A stretch of DNA of 63,546 nt, the filler included, from Octopus bimaculoides (Eukaryota), in the NCBI RefSeq assembly GCF_001194135.2. It is 6 parts of 5 records of this genome, joined end to end, with 100 filler letters (N's around TTAATTAATTAA, not from the genome) between each part and the next. Parts side by side here need not be neighbours in the genome. Positions count along the whole stretch, not along the records: positions 12,664 to 24,110 come from NC_069007.1; positions 24,211 to 44,495 come from NC_068983.1; 4 more parts are not named here. One strand, 5' to 3'. A program made the position numbers and the translations under genes. Positions 12,664 through 24,771 of this stretch are shown piece by piece (the stretch's first letter is position 1; each line of letters opens with the position of its first letter). Below the pieces are notes generated by a model. The model made no database searches. It had not been told where the DNA came from and worked only from the letters and a program-made list of their open reading frames with translations.

Positions 12664-13422
12664 ATCTTTCTTTTCCTCACGTAACCACCTTTCTATTCCT
12701 GCACGTATCCTATCTCTCTCTTCTATCTTTTCTCTTTTCATAGAAAATATTTCTCTCAGCGTTCACTATTTTCCCTTCGTTCTGGTCTAACGACCCTCCA
12801 TGTTTGTCTGCGTTTGGTTTCCTTGTATGTCTCCGCTGTCCTGTTTTTGTTCCCAACTTTGACCCTCCGTAAATCCCAAATTTTATTTTGGTATTTATAG
12901 GAGCAACTGTCTTCGAAGACTCATATGGTCGTTGATTGCTCGAAATGGGGAGTAGATAGACAGCCGATAGACAGCAGATAGACGTCCTCTGTATTCTTTG
13001 TGTTACTTGTCCTGTTTTCCATTTGTTTCTCTCGTTATTTGCGCATTTAACTCATTTGTTTTCGTATTTCATGTTGTTTACTGTTGGTGACGTCCTGTAC
13101 CCATATATGCATATATGTACACACACACATACACACACATATATATATATTATCTATATTATATATATATACATATATATGTGCGTGTCTGTCTGCATGT
13201 GTGTATTTGTGTACATCAGTATATAAAGCTGAGCGTGTGTAGATATGTCTGTGTGTATGAGTGTGTCTGCGTGTGTGTACAGCAATGTTTGAGTGCGTAT
13301 GTTTGAGTGAATGTCTGTGCGTCTGCATGTGTGTGTATGCACACCAGTATATGTCGAGCATGTGTATGTGTGCGCGTGCCAATGCCTATGTATGAGCGTG
13401 TTTCAATATCTTCTGTATGCAT

Positions 13423-13469
<47 letters not shown>

Positions 13470-13550
13470 CACGACTCCGTGCTCGTGTCTATCTGTGTGA
13501 GACACTATTTCCAATCCAGCTTGACTTTAGCCTGACCAAATCCAGTACAA

Positions 13551-13582
<32 letters not shown>

Positions 13583-13624
13583 ACACACACACACACGTGC
13601 TCATATTCGAGTGACCACCAAGCA

Positions 13625-13895
13625 TTTGCAACCAATAGCACAGATTAACGCAGAACAATTAGCTAGATTAGCAACGCGTCAAAAAATTAAAACTTGCAAA
13701 ATAAAATAAATACTGACCAATCGTATTGCTGTCTAGTGTGTCACGTGATGTCCTATGCATGATGTATCAGCAGCAGCCACTCAACGATGTTCACGTCATT
13801 TAGCAGCCATTGAGGACAAGAAGTGACGTTTAACGTAATTATTGCTCGGCGGATCGTGATTATATGAATTCATTAGACGTTTCATTACGTTAATT
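13625..13895. promoter_or_regulatory. Candidate cis-regulatory motif cluster
   Basis: Two CCAAT boxes (13632, 13717), E-box CACGTG (13742-13747), CACGTCA (13792-13798), TGACGT (13824-13829) and further ACGT cores in CpG-enriched unique-looking DNA; no linked gene seen. Confidence 0.3.
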
Positions 13896-13917
13896 ACTCT
13901 GCCGGTTTGTGTGTCTG

Positions 13918-13920
13918 TTG

Positions 13921-13985
<65 letters not shown>

Positions 13986-14130
13986 CTCGCTCCGTTCTCC
14001 TATCTCTCTCTTTCTCTCTCCTCTCTCTCCTTTCTCCCCTCTCTCATCCTCTCACTTCCTTTCTCTCTCTCCCCTATTTCTCCTCCCTTTCTTCTCTCTC
14101 CTTTCTCTCTCTCTCTCTCTTCCCCCCCCC
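13918..14130. repeat. (CT)n microsatellite and pyrimidine tract
   Basis: Directly visible. Confidence 0.95.
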
Positions 14131-14199
14131 CACCACATAACAACATAAACATACACGCAGTCACTCACAAGCAAACATGCGCATAAACATGCTTGTGTA

Positions 14200-14400
14200 C
14201 ATATATAATGTAACCTCGTGGGCATCGGTACCATTTTCCTCTTTCTCCGTTCTTCCATTCTCCGAACTTTCCATCTTTCCGACGAAGGGCTACGCCCGAA
14301 ACGTCATACACTCTCTCTTTCCTTTCCTGAGCGTCCAATAATACTATCCATATCACGTCCTCACTTTGTTGTTTTTTTGTTTTTTTGTTATTGTTTTTTT
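14200..14400. mobile_element. Penelope-like terminal repeat fragment
   Basis: gacgaagggctacgcccgaaacgt motif, typical of Penelope pseudo-LTR ends; possibly related repeats ending gacgtcctgtaccc at ~12990-13110 and ~20860-21020. Confidence 0.45.
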
Positions 14401-14575
14401 TTAACTATATATATATATATACATACATACACACGCACGCATACAAACAGTCATAAATAAGTATACATATACACGCTCGCACATGCACACGCAAACACCA
14501 TATTGTTGTATATCAATGGCTAATTCCACATATATGTGAATCTTTAATTTAGTTCGAAGGCAGAATCAGCATGAC

Positions 14576-14915
14576 AGTACAGTGTGTCCATTGTTGGTAC
14601 AATCCACCTTATATTCCTGTATATAAGTCATTGGGTAATTTCATGGATTCGTGTATCCGTAATTTAATTCACAGGTGGAAATCATGGTGCCAACTCACTT
14701 CATATTATTGTGAATAAGTGGCTGAGTAATTCGAGGGATACGCGGTTCTTAAATGTAATTCGCTGGCGGAATTAGTAGAGTGAATTACAGGTACAACCCG
14801 CCTTATATCATTGTGTATATGTGGCTGAGTAAATCTACAGATATGTGTATACCGTACTATAATCCACAAGCGGAATTAGCGTGACAACACAGTGTGTGAA
14901 TTACAGGTACAATCC
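14576..14915. repeat. Divergent tandem array, 90-116 bp units, running into a 766-N gap
   Basis: Unit starts ggt(a/g)c(a/c)a at 14596, 14686, 14790 and 14906; shared gtggctgagta, gcggaattag and gtgaattacaggtac motifs. Confidence 0.75.
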
Positions 14916-15949
14916 NNNNNNNNNNNNNNNNNNNNNNNNNNNNNNNNNNNNNNNNNNNNNNNNNNNNNNNNNNNNNNNNNNNNNNNNNNNNNNNNNNNNN
15001 NNNNNNNNNNNNNNNNNNNNNNNNNNNNNNNNNNNNNNNNNNNNNNNNNNNNNNNNNNNNNNNNNNNNNNNNNNNNNNNNNNNNNNNNNNNNNNNNNNNN
15101 NNNNNNNNNNNNNNNNNNNNNNNNNNNNNNNNNNNNNNNNNNNNNNNNNNNNNNNNNNNNNNNNNNNNNNNNNNNNNNNNNNNNNNNNNNNNNNNNNNNN
15201 NNNNNNNNNNNNNNNNNNNNNNNNNNNNNNNNNNNNNNNNNNNNNNNNNNNNNNNNNNNNNNNNNNNNNNNNNNNNNNNNNNNNNNNNNNNNNNNNNNNN
15301 NNNNNNNNNNNNNNNNNNNNNNNNNNNNNNNNNNNNNNNNNNNNNNNNNNNNNNNNNNNNNNNNNNNNNNNNNNNNNNNNNNNNNNNNNNNNNNNNNNNN
15401 NNNNNNNNNNNNNNNNNNNNNNNNNNNNNNNNNNNNNNNNNNNNNNNNNNNNNNNNNNNNNNNNNNNNNNNNNNNNNNNNNNNNNNNNNNNNNNNNNNNN
15501 NNNNNNNNNNNNNNNNNNNNNNNNNNNNNNNNNNNNNNNNNNNNNNNNNNNNNNNNNNNNNNNNNNNNNNNNNNNNNNNNNNNNNNNNNNNNNNNNNNNN
15601 NNNNNNNNNNNNNNNNNNNNNNNNNNNNNNNNNNNNNNNNNNNNNNNNNNNNNNNNNNNNNNNNNNNNNNNNNNNNNNNNNATATGTCGTCTGCTTATGT
15701 TCAAAGACGTGAGGGCTTCTTTTTTTCTCTCTCTTTTACTAATGTCGAAAGGCAACAGGAGAGAAAATAAAACAACTCACCTCCTCTTCGTTTATTGTCT
15801 TATTTAACGTTTTCATATGTTCAGTTAAGACACAGACAGACAAGACAAAATGTGTTTTTACATTGAAATAATGCTAGCAGAAGTTTTATTGCTTTTATTT
15901 ATCTTGTTGATGATATGCGGCTGCCATATTGATCTGTTTTACTTCTATA

Positions 15950-16590
15950 TTTCTTTTCATCCACACTTTTTCCTTTGACTTTCTCCTCTCGTTTTCAGTC
16001 AATTCCTTCCTTCTTTCTTTCTTTCGTTTTTCTTTTTCTCTTCTCTTTTTTTTTTTTTTTTTCTCTCCTCCCCCTTTCTTTCATCCTTTCTTTCCTTCTT
16101 TTTTTCTGTTCCGCTTGTCTTTTTTCCTTCCATTCAGCCATTCTTTCTTTTATCCTTCCTTCCTTTCTTTTTTCCTCCCATTCTTCACTTCTTCTTTCCT
16201 TCCTTTCTTTCATTCATACTTTCTTCTACCTTTCATTCCATCCTCTCTTTCTATTATACTTTCTGCATTTCTTTCTTTGTTCCTTCCTTCCTTTCCTCCT
16301 ATTCATAATTTCTTTTCCTTCCTTTTTTTCTTTTTCTTTCTTCCTTTGTTCTTTCCTTCATGCCTTTCTTCTTTCCTTCATGCCTTTCTTTCTTTCTTAC
16401 CCTCTTTCCACTTTTCTTTCTCTCGTATTTCCTTCCTTTATTTCTTTCTTCTTTCTTCTTTGCCTTCCTTTTTTTCTTTTTCAGTTTCTCTTTTCTGAAA
16501 ATTCCTTTTTTCTGTCTCTTCTTCTCCCTTCTTCCTTTCTTTCTTTTCTTCATCCTTCTTTCCTTCATTTCTTTCCCATTCTATTTAACA
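15950..16590. repeat. Long CT-rich low-complexity tract
   Basis: Directly visible; it produces the spurious F/S/L-rich and K/R/E-rich ORFs. Confidence 0.9.
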
Positions 16591-17575
16591 CTACATTGGG
16601 GAGGTGGATAAGCAGAATCTTAGAGAGTCGTATTCGCTCAGGCTGCTAACGTTCTGGGTTCAATTCTCGTCCAGGTCGAACTTAAATTTCATCCCCGCTG
16701 GGTAATGATAGAATTAACTATCAGTCAATTTAAATGACTGGAACCTCTAAGTGGCTGCTCAACAAACGGAAATATTACAAAAGCATATCAAACAGAAAAT
16801 TTGTAGCTTATTCCTCATCAGTCAATTTCCAAAAGGTCTGACAATTTCGCGCCTCTAACGTTGATGTTGTTCACTCTTGGTGGCGCCAGTGGCAAAAAGC
16901 CACTGGGAATAGCTAGCGAATGTACAAGACAAAATAAAACCCACATATACAACAAAAAAAGGCAAATTGACTTGTAGGTNNNNNNNNNNTATATATATAT
17001 ATATATATATATATATGAACAATAAATTAAATAGAGGGATTCAATTGACAATCCAATCGTTTATTTATGTTGTGATGCAACATAATATACTATGAATATA
17101 ATATAATATAGGATAACAAAAAAAATCATTAAAAATCCAAAATAGGCAACAATTTGTTGCGACTTATATACCTTATTTGATTTATAAACAATACATATCC
17201 ATTTATATAAGTCTCTTCAGGGCTTTGGTTTACAGACAGACGTAATTCCGCGTGAAAGGACTACTGGATTGTAAAAAAACAAATTAATTCAGATACCTGT
17301 GTATTATGAGCGTGAGCGTTAACTCTTCAACTACATAACAATTATAATTAAAGAACAACAAAATTATTACGGACAAAATAATTAAGATATATTTCCATAT
17401 ATCTCAAAAAATATTAATCCAAATTCGTTTAGATCAAAGACAATTTTTGGCTATTATAGCCATATTTATGCGGTATTCAACTGATCTACCAGTGAACTGG
17501 ATCTTTTACACAGCCCTTTGAAAGAATTCTTTTCCTAAGCTTGTTACTTCATACACACACACATGCTCATATATA

Positions 17576-17626
<51 letters not shown>

Positions 17627-18033
17627 NNNNNNNNNNNNNNNNNNNNNNNNNNNNNNNNNNNNNNNNNNNNNNNNNNNNNNNNNNNNNNNNNNNNNNNNNN
17701 NNNNNNNNNNNNNNNNNNNNNNNNNNNNNNNNNNNNNNNNNNNNNNNNNNNNNNNNNNNNNNNNNNNNNNNNNNNNNNNNNNNNNNNNNNNNNNNNNNNN
17801 NNNNNNNNNNNNNNNNNNNNNNNNNNNNNNNNNNNNNNNNNNNNNNNNNNNNNNNNNNNNNNNNNNNNNNNNNNNNNNNNNNNNNNNNNNNNNNNNNNNN
17901 NNNNNNNNNNNNNNNNNNNNNNNNNNNNNNNNNNNNNNNNNNNNNNNNNNNNNNNNNNNNNNNNNNNNNNNNNNNNNNNNNNNNNNNNNNNNNNNNNNNN
18001 NNNNNNNNNNNNNNNNNNNNNNNNNNNNNNNNN

Positions 18034-18149
18034 GAGCAACGTGAAATAAAGTGTCAAGAACACAACACGCAGCCCGGTCGGTCCGGGATTCGAACTCACA
18101 ACCTCACGGTCGTAAGCTCGTCGCTCTAACCACTGAGCCATGCGCCTTC
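18034..18149 (-). mobile_element. tRNA-derived SINE head
   Basis: Minus strand ggcgcatggctcagtggttagagc...gagttcgaatccc (A and B boxes) followed by non-tRNA body tgtgttcttg...actttatttcacgttgctc. Confidence 0.7.
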
Positions 18150-18171
18150 ATATGTGTGTGTGTGTGTGGGT

Positions 18172-18208
<37 letters not shown>

Positions 18209-18419
18209 TATTTTTATGTTCATTTCTAATAAAGACAATTTTTCATTACTCTGATGGCTTGCTCTCTGCATTTGCTGTGTACGAATCTATCATTCTTAAA
18301 AAAAAAATTACTGACTGTGACATCGAAGTTTCTAACCGTCGGACAAAGGCTTAACTGGACCAAACTTCGAAGTCACTGTCTGTCAATAATATTCTTCTTT
18401 AAGAATAATGTATACACAC

Positions 18420-18486
18420 ACCGCAACTACTGCAGCTGCACCTACTACTACTACAACCACTACTACTACTACTACTACTACTACCA

Positions 18487-18517
<31 letters not shown>

Positions 18518-18552
18518 CACTACCACTACTACTACTACTACTACTACAACTA

Positions 18553-18583
<31 letters not shown>

Positions 18584-18617
18584 AACTACAACTACTACTA
18601 CTACTACTACCACCACC

Positions 18618-18667
<50 letters not shown>

Positions 18668-18722
18668 CACCACCACCACTACTACTACTACTACAACAAC
18701 TACTACTGCTACTACTACCACC

Positions 18723-18760
<38 letters not shown>

Positions 18761-18761
18761 A

Positions 18762-18812
<51 letters not shown>
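18420..18812. repeat. (CTA)n/(CCA)n trinucleotide microsatellite running into a gap
   Basis: Directly visible; source of the poly-T, poly-Y and poly-V ORFs. Confidence 0.95.
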
Positions 18813-19620
18813 NNNNNNNNNNNNNNNNNNNNNNNNNNNNNNNNNNNNNNNNNNNNNNNNNNNNNNNNNNNNNNNNNNNNNNNNNNNNNNNNNNNNNNNN
18901 NNNNNNNNNNNNNNNNNNNNNNNNNNNNNNNNNNNNNNNNNNNNNNNNNNNNNNNNNNNNNNNNNNNNNNNNNNNNNNNNNNNNNNNNNNNNNNNNNNNN
19001 NNNNNNNNNNNNNNNNNNNNNNNNNNNNNNNNNNNNNNNNNNNNNNNNNNNNNNNNNNNNNNNNNNNNNNNNNNNNNNNNNNNNNNNNNNNNNNNNNNNN
19101 NNNNNNNNNNNNNNNNNNNNNNNNNNNNNNNNNNNNNNNNNNNNNNNNNNNNNNNNNNNNNNNNNNNNNNNNNNNNNNNNNNNNNNNNNNNNNNNNNNNN
19201 NNNNNNNNNNNNNNNNNNNNNNNNNNNNNNNNNNNNNNNNNNNNNNNNNNNNNNNNNNNNNNNNNNNNNNNNNNNNNNNNNNNNNNNNNNNNNNNNNNNN
19301 NNNNNNNNNNNNNNNNNNNNNNNNNNNNNNNNNNNNNNNNNNNNNNNNNNNNNNNNNNNNNNNNNNNNNNNNNNNNNNNNNNNNNNNNNNNNNNNNNNNN
19401 NNNNNNNNNNNNNNNNNNNNNNNNNNNNNNNNNNNNNNNNNNNNNNNNNNNNNNNNNNNNNNNNNNNNNNNNNNNNNNNNNNNNNNNNNNNNNNNNNNNN
19501 NNNNNNNNNNNNNNNNNNNNNNNNNNNNNNNNNNNNNNNNNNNNNNNNNNNNNNNNNNNNNNNNNNNNNNNNNNNNNNNNNNNNNNNNNNNNNNNNNNNN
19601 NNNNNTATATATATATATAT

Positions 19621-19651
<31 letters not shown>

Positions 19652-20299
19652 CATACGCACATACACACATGCATAGGTACATACACTTACCCACACACAC
19701 ATTTATAAACACACACACACTCACAAATGTATGTATGCGTGTATGCATTATGTATGTATTATGTATGTATGTATGTCTGTCTCTCTGTATGTATGTATGT
19801 CTGTCTCTCTGTATGTATGTATGTATGTATGTATGTGTGTGTGTGTGTGTGTGTATGTATGCATACATCCACGCGCCTATACACACTCGCACATTTGTAC
19901 ACTTCTACACTAGCCCTCTACGCACTGGCATCACCACACTCAGTACTAGGACTAGTAAAATCCATACTACCACCGCCACCATCACGTCCACCATCACTAC
20001 CAGTACTACCACCAACACCACAATCATTACCGCAACCACCGCCGCCGCCACCATCTCCACCTCTGGTACTACCACTTGTGAAATCATTATTGCCACTGCT
20101 ACTAACACCTCCATCACGACCACCAACATCACCAACAACACCATCACTACCTTCATTTCCGCTACTACTATCATCACCATTCTTTCCTGCTTCACATTCA
20201 TACATATGCAGAGAGATATGCATAGAGATGTACCCACACACACACATTTATATGCGTACATATCCATATGCACTGCACTAATACGCACAACATCACCAC

Positions 20300-20455
20300 C
20301 ACTGGGTGTGTGGCAAGAATTTTGCTTCCCCACCACGCGGTTTCGAGTTCATTCCCACTGCGTGGCAGGCACTTAGAGCGTGTGTTTTCTACTATAGTCT
20401 GAGGGTGATCAAAGCCTTGCGAGTGGATTTGGTAATGGGAATTTAAATCAGACCG

Positions 20456-20528
<73 letters not shown>

Positions 20529-20590
20529 TGTGTGTGTGTGAGCGTGTCTTTGTGTCTGTTAACCGTAACTTAGCGGTTCAGCAGAAGTGT
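20300..20590 (+). mobile_element. tRNA-derived SINE with internal (TG)n (family B)
   Basis: gtgtgtggcaagaa..ttgcttccccaccac...cccactgcgtggca...aagccttgcgagtggatttggta, then (tg)n, then ccgtaacttagcggttc; related copies at 43625-43860, 44600-44770, 44840-45190, 49800-49930 and 52825-53245. Confidence 0.75.
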
Positions 20591-21109
20591 ATATACGGAC
20601 ATAAAAAAATCTTAAATCAAATTGAATTCAATTAAATTACCAAAATGTTTATCTTTATAATTTCTGAAAAAGATAAAAAGCAAAGATTCAATTAATATCA
20701 TAAGTCATAAGAGAACAGATTTAATTATAAATATTAATTTTTATCAATTGCGTATTACAAAAAAGCAATGAAAAGCAATTAAGAATGAAACAATACACAC
20801 ACGCACACACACCCACGCGCACATATATATATATCAATATGTTCGAAATACGAGAGTAGAAAAATAGCCAACAACTGATGAAGGGTCGTATTTGTGTTGT
20901 TTGTCTTGTTATCCGTTTGTGTTTTTCGTTGTTCGCAAAAATAGTTCATATTCCATGTACTCGTACTTCGAATTTTTTGTTGTACACGTTCCGTAACGTC
21001 CTGTACCCACATATGCATATAAATACGTATAGATGTATGTATGTACATATACGTAAGTATATATGCATATATATATTATTTATATTATTATATATATACA
21101 TACATACAT

Positions 21110-21150
<41 letters not shown>

Positions 21151-21257
21151 AGATATTTATATGTATGTATACACACACATACACACACTCGTATGTAAGC
21201 ACATTTATGTATATATGTATAATACATATATATATATATGTATATATATATATACGT

Positions 21258-21298
<41 letters not shown>

Positions 21299-21417
21299 CA
21301 ATACAAATATATATATAAATACACACAGATTGCATTGTACCAAAGGTACCATCAACTCCATCTAAATTCAGGACCAGGTACTGCAATAGTCTAGGGTTCA
21401 AAGGCTCACAGTTCTTC

Positions 21418-21960
21418 AAACTTGGCAGACACGCATCTCATACCCAAATCTTCAGTGATAATGGAGTGAACTGAACCATAACTAATCTGCACATCCTCTG
21501 ATATCTCATGGGTGGTTATTCTACGATTTCCCCTCACATCTGCATGTACATTGGCAATGTTTTTCTCGGTTCTGCTGGTTGCAGGTCTCCCAGAACATTC
21601 GTCAATATTGACATTTATTCGGTCATCTTGGAAACGTCTGAATCACACGTACACTTATATGCGGCACATACACTCCTCTCCATAATTACACTTGTATGCG
21701 GCACATACACTCCTCTCCATACACTTTCTGCAACTTTGCACAGGCCTCCGAGCAGGTATCGCCATGACAACTTTCTGTCATGGTCAATGCGACGATCACA
21801 CGCTACATACCTTCCTTCCAAGCGCTGCCGTAAATAGCGGAAGTGACCGAGAACGTAAAAACTTAGTGCGCATGCACAGCAGAGTCCAAGCTCAATCTGT
21901 GCCAAGCGGCTTTACTCTGCGTGCTTTAGCTTCGGTACTATGGCAACGTTCCTGATATTT
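21418..21960 (-). mobile_element. Mariner transposon 5' fragment (5' leader plus transposase N-terminus)
   Basis: Minus-strand ATG at 21781-21779; GDTCSEACAKLQKVYGEECMCRIQV and DECSGRPATSRTEKNIANVHADVRGNRRITTHEISEDVQISYGSVHSIITEDLGMRCVSAKF (mariner HTH region); contains a tandem duplication of about 36 bp. Confidence 0.85.
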
Positions 21961-21976
21961 ATTGATCAGAAATAGT

Positions 21977-22115
21977 ATACTGTGAACTAATGGTCATCGT
22001 CATTTAAACATGGCAGTTCCGGAGGAACCGACGTTACAACCATTTTAAATGGTAGTAACGTCGGTTCCTACGGAACAGCCGTGTTTAAGTGGCAATAACC
22101 ATTACTTCTCAGCAT
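21977..22115. repeat. ~140-bp imperfect palindrome (fold-back element)
   Basis: Core arms 22001-22045 and 22047-22091 match at 40/45 positions as reverse complements; weaker pairing continues outward. Confidence 0.85.
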
Positions 22116-23813
22116 AGTTACTGCTTTCATCTCTTATAGAGATTTTCTAACTAGTTAATTCGCTCGTTGCAAGATCTGTAGCTGTGTGTCACTTATTGTC
22201 AATATATTGCGAGCTGCAGTGAAATACAGCCATCTATAGCAGATGAAGACGAGCACAAAAAAGATGGACACAAAGAGGATGAAAACAAAGAGCTCGAAAC
22301 CGTATAGTCTGGTTCTCTCGTGGCTGGAAGATGGTAGGGGCTCACACTCTTGCTTGCAATATATATCGGGGTGCGGGTTGCATGGAATAGCCAGCTAGGG
22401 GAGACATCTTCCTGGAGTTAAAACGGCAGTAACGTCGGTTCCTACGGAGCAACCATTATATATATATATATATGTACGTATATATATGTATGTATGTATA
22501 TGTATGTATGTATGTATACATACATGCATTGTGTGATAGGAAGTTTGCTTCCCAACCAGATAGTTCCGGTTCGGTTCCACTGTGTGTGTGTGTGTGTGTG
22601 TGTGTNNNNNNNNNNNNNNNNNNNNNNNNNNNNNNNNNNNNNNNNNNNNNNNNNNNNNNNNNNNNNNNNNNNNNNNNNNNNNNNNNNNNNNNNNNNNNNN
22701 NNNNNNNNNNNNNNNNNNNNNNNNNNNNNNNNNNNNNNNNNNNNNNNNNNNNNNNNNNNNNNNNNNNNNNNNNNNNNNNNNNNNNNNNNNNNNNNNNNNN
22801 NNNNNNNNNNNNNNNNNNNNNNNNNNNNNNNNNNNNNNNNNNNNNNNNNNNNNNNNNNNNNNNNNNNNNNNNNNNNNNNNNNNNNNNNNNNNNNNNNNNN
22901 NNNNNNNNNNNNNNNNNNNNNNNNNNNNNNNNNNNNNNNNNNNNNNNNNNNNNNNNNNNNNNNNNNNNNNNNNNNNNNNNNNNNNNNNNNNNNNNNNNNN
23001 NNNNNNNNNNNNNNNNNNNNNNNNNNNNNNNNNNNNNNNNNNNNNNNNNNNNNNNNNNNNNNNNNNNNNNNNNNNNNNNNNNNNNNNNNNNNNNNNNNNN
23101 NNNNNNNNNNNNNNNNNNNNNNNNNNNNNNNNNNNNNNNNNNNNNNNNNNNNNNNNNNNNNNNNNNNNNNNNNNNNNNNNNNNNNNNNNNNNNNNNNNNN
23201 NNNNNNNNNNNNNNNNNNNNNNNNNNNNNNNNNNNNNNNNNNNNNNNNNNNNNNNNNNNNNNNNNNNNNNNNNNNNNNNNNNNNNNNNNNNNNNNNNNNN
23301 NNNNNNNNNNNNNNNNNNNNNNNNNNNNNNNNNNNNNNNNNNNNNNNNNNNNNNNNNNNNNNNNNNNNNNNNNNNNNNNNNNNNNNNNNNNNNNNNNNNN
23401 NNNNNNNNNNNNNNNNNNNNNNNNNTATATATATGTCTTTATATAATCGAAGGCCCTGTCTCAATATATTTGTCTTTTTCTCTATTTTTCAATCTAAGGT
23501 CAGTTTTCACAATCACATTATCATATTTGATCAACAGTCTTCGTGATACACCTATGACGTCATGTATTAAGCTCCACCCTTTCTGCCTAGCAGCATCCAA
23601 TCGTCCTGCATCTCTATTTGAAGTCCCTTCTGTCTTCGGTTTCTATTTGCCACCCACTTCTCTTGATGCTTGTGTGTGTGTGTGTGAATGTGAGTGTGTA
23701 TGTGTATGTGTGTGTGTGTGTATGTGTGTGTGTGTGTGCGTGTGTGTGTGTGTGTCTCTCTCTCTCTCTTGCTCTCTCTCGCTCGCTCGCGTTCACTCTC
23801 TCTTTATCTCTTC

Positions 23814-23844
<31 letters not shown>

Positions 23845-23983
23845 GATATATATATATTTCTGTCGTGCTGTCTGCATATCTATCTATCTAGCTACCTCTT
23901 TCTCTCTTTCTGTCCTTCTCTCTCTCCCTCTCTCTCTCTATCTGTCTAATCTATCTATCTATGTATGTATCTATCTATCTATC

Positions 23984-24040
<57 letters not shown>

Positions 24041-24059
24041 CTAACTAACTAACTATCTA

Positions 24060-24091
<32 letters not shown>

Positions 24092-24449
24092 TCTATCTAC
24101 CTATATATATNNNNNNNNNNNNNNNNNNNNNNNNNNNNNNNNNNNNNNNNNNNNTTAATTAATTAANNNNNNNNNNNNNNNNNNNNNNNNNNNNNNNNNN
24201 NNNNNNNNNNTATATATATATATATGAGTTCAGCAAAAATTTAGATTCAGGTGAATACGCCGCGCACGCACACACACTCATTTAATATAATGTTTATTTT
24301 ACCAGTCTGCTTCAAATATTGACTTTTGTGTCAGATAATATTTGTACCATGTACATGTCTATAGTATCACAAACTCCCTGATACTTTTAAATGTCTAGAA
24401 ATTGTCTTTTAGCCATTTCGTGAATTACGCTCGACGAACATGAATTAAG

Positions 24450-24510
24450 ATGCAGTCTTTTGGGTTAATGTGTGTCTTCTTGTCCACGACCTTAATGATT
24501 TATTCCTACG
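24450..24510 (+). CDS. Possible first coding exon encoding a signal peptide of an unidentified secreted protein
   Basis: ATG-MQSFGLMCVFLSTTLMIYSY-G|GTGAG (phase 1 donor); upstream ttgtcttttag acceptor with stops in all frames before the ATG. No downstream exon identified. Confidence 0.3.
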
Positions 24511-24771
24511 GTGAGAAATCTCGCATTATTATATTATTGAATAAAATTGTTCGTTTCAGAAATATTCCATTTCGGTCAATTTTAAATGTAACAGCACAGG
24601 ACCTCTGACCTATTCTTTGGCACAAAGCAGCTTCACTTATCAATTGTGTCAAAATAATATACTGTCGCTGTAGAATGGTGTGAAGGTGTAATAATCAAAT
24701 TTTATATAATATGGTATGTTGGTCTTTTTTTATGTTTTATGTCGCAGCCACCAAATATCTATAATCGACAT

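Noticed and set aside
15781-15816. Minus-strand start exon MKTLNKTINEEE|GTGAG
   Set aside because: It is short, does not resemble the KIF6 N-terminus, and has no partner exon.
18034-18149. tRNA gene
   Set aside because: A and B boxes are present but there is no complete acceptor stem, and it continues into SINE body sequence. The same applies to the heads near 33786, 37888 and 46801.
21755-21950. Host bidirectional KIF6/IRAK4 promoter
   Set aside because: The motifs lie in the leader and 5' coding region of a mariner fragment and are separated from both genes by scaffold joins. Kept only as a possible TE-derived element.
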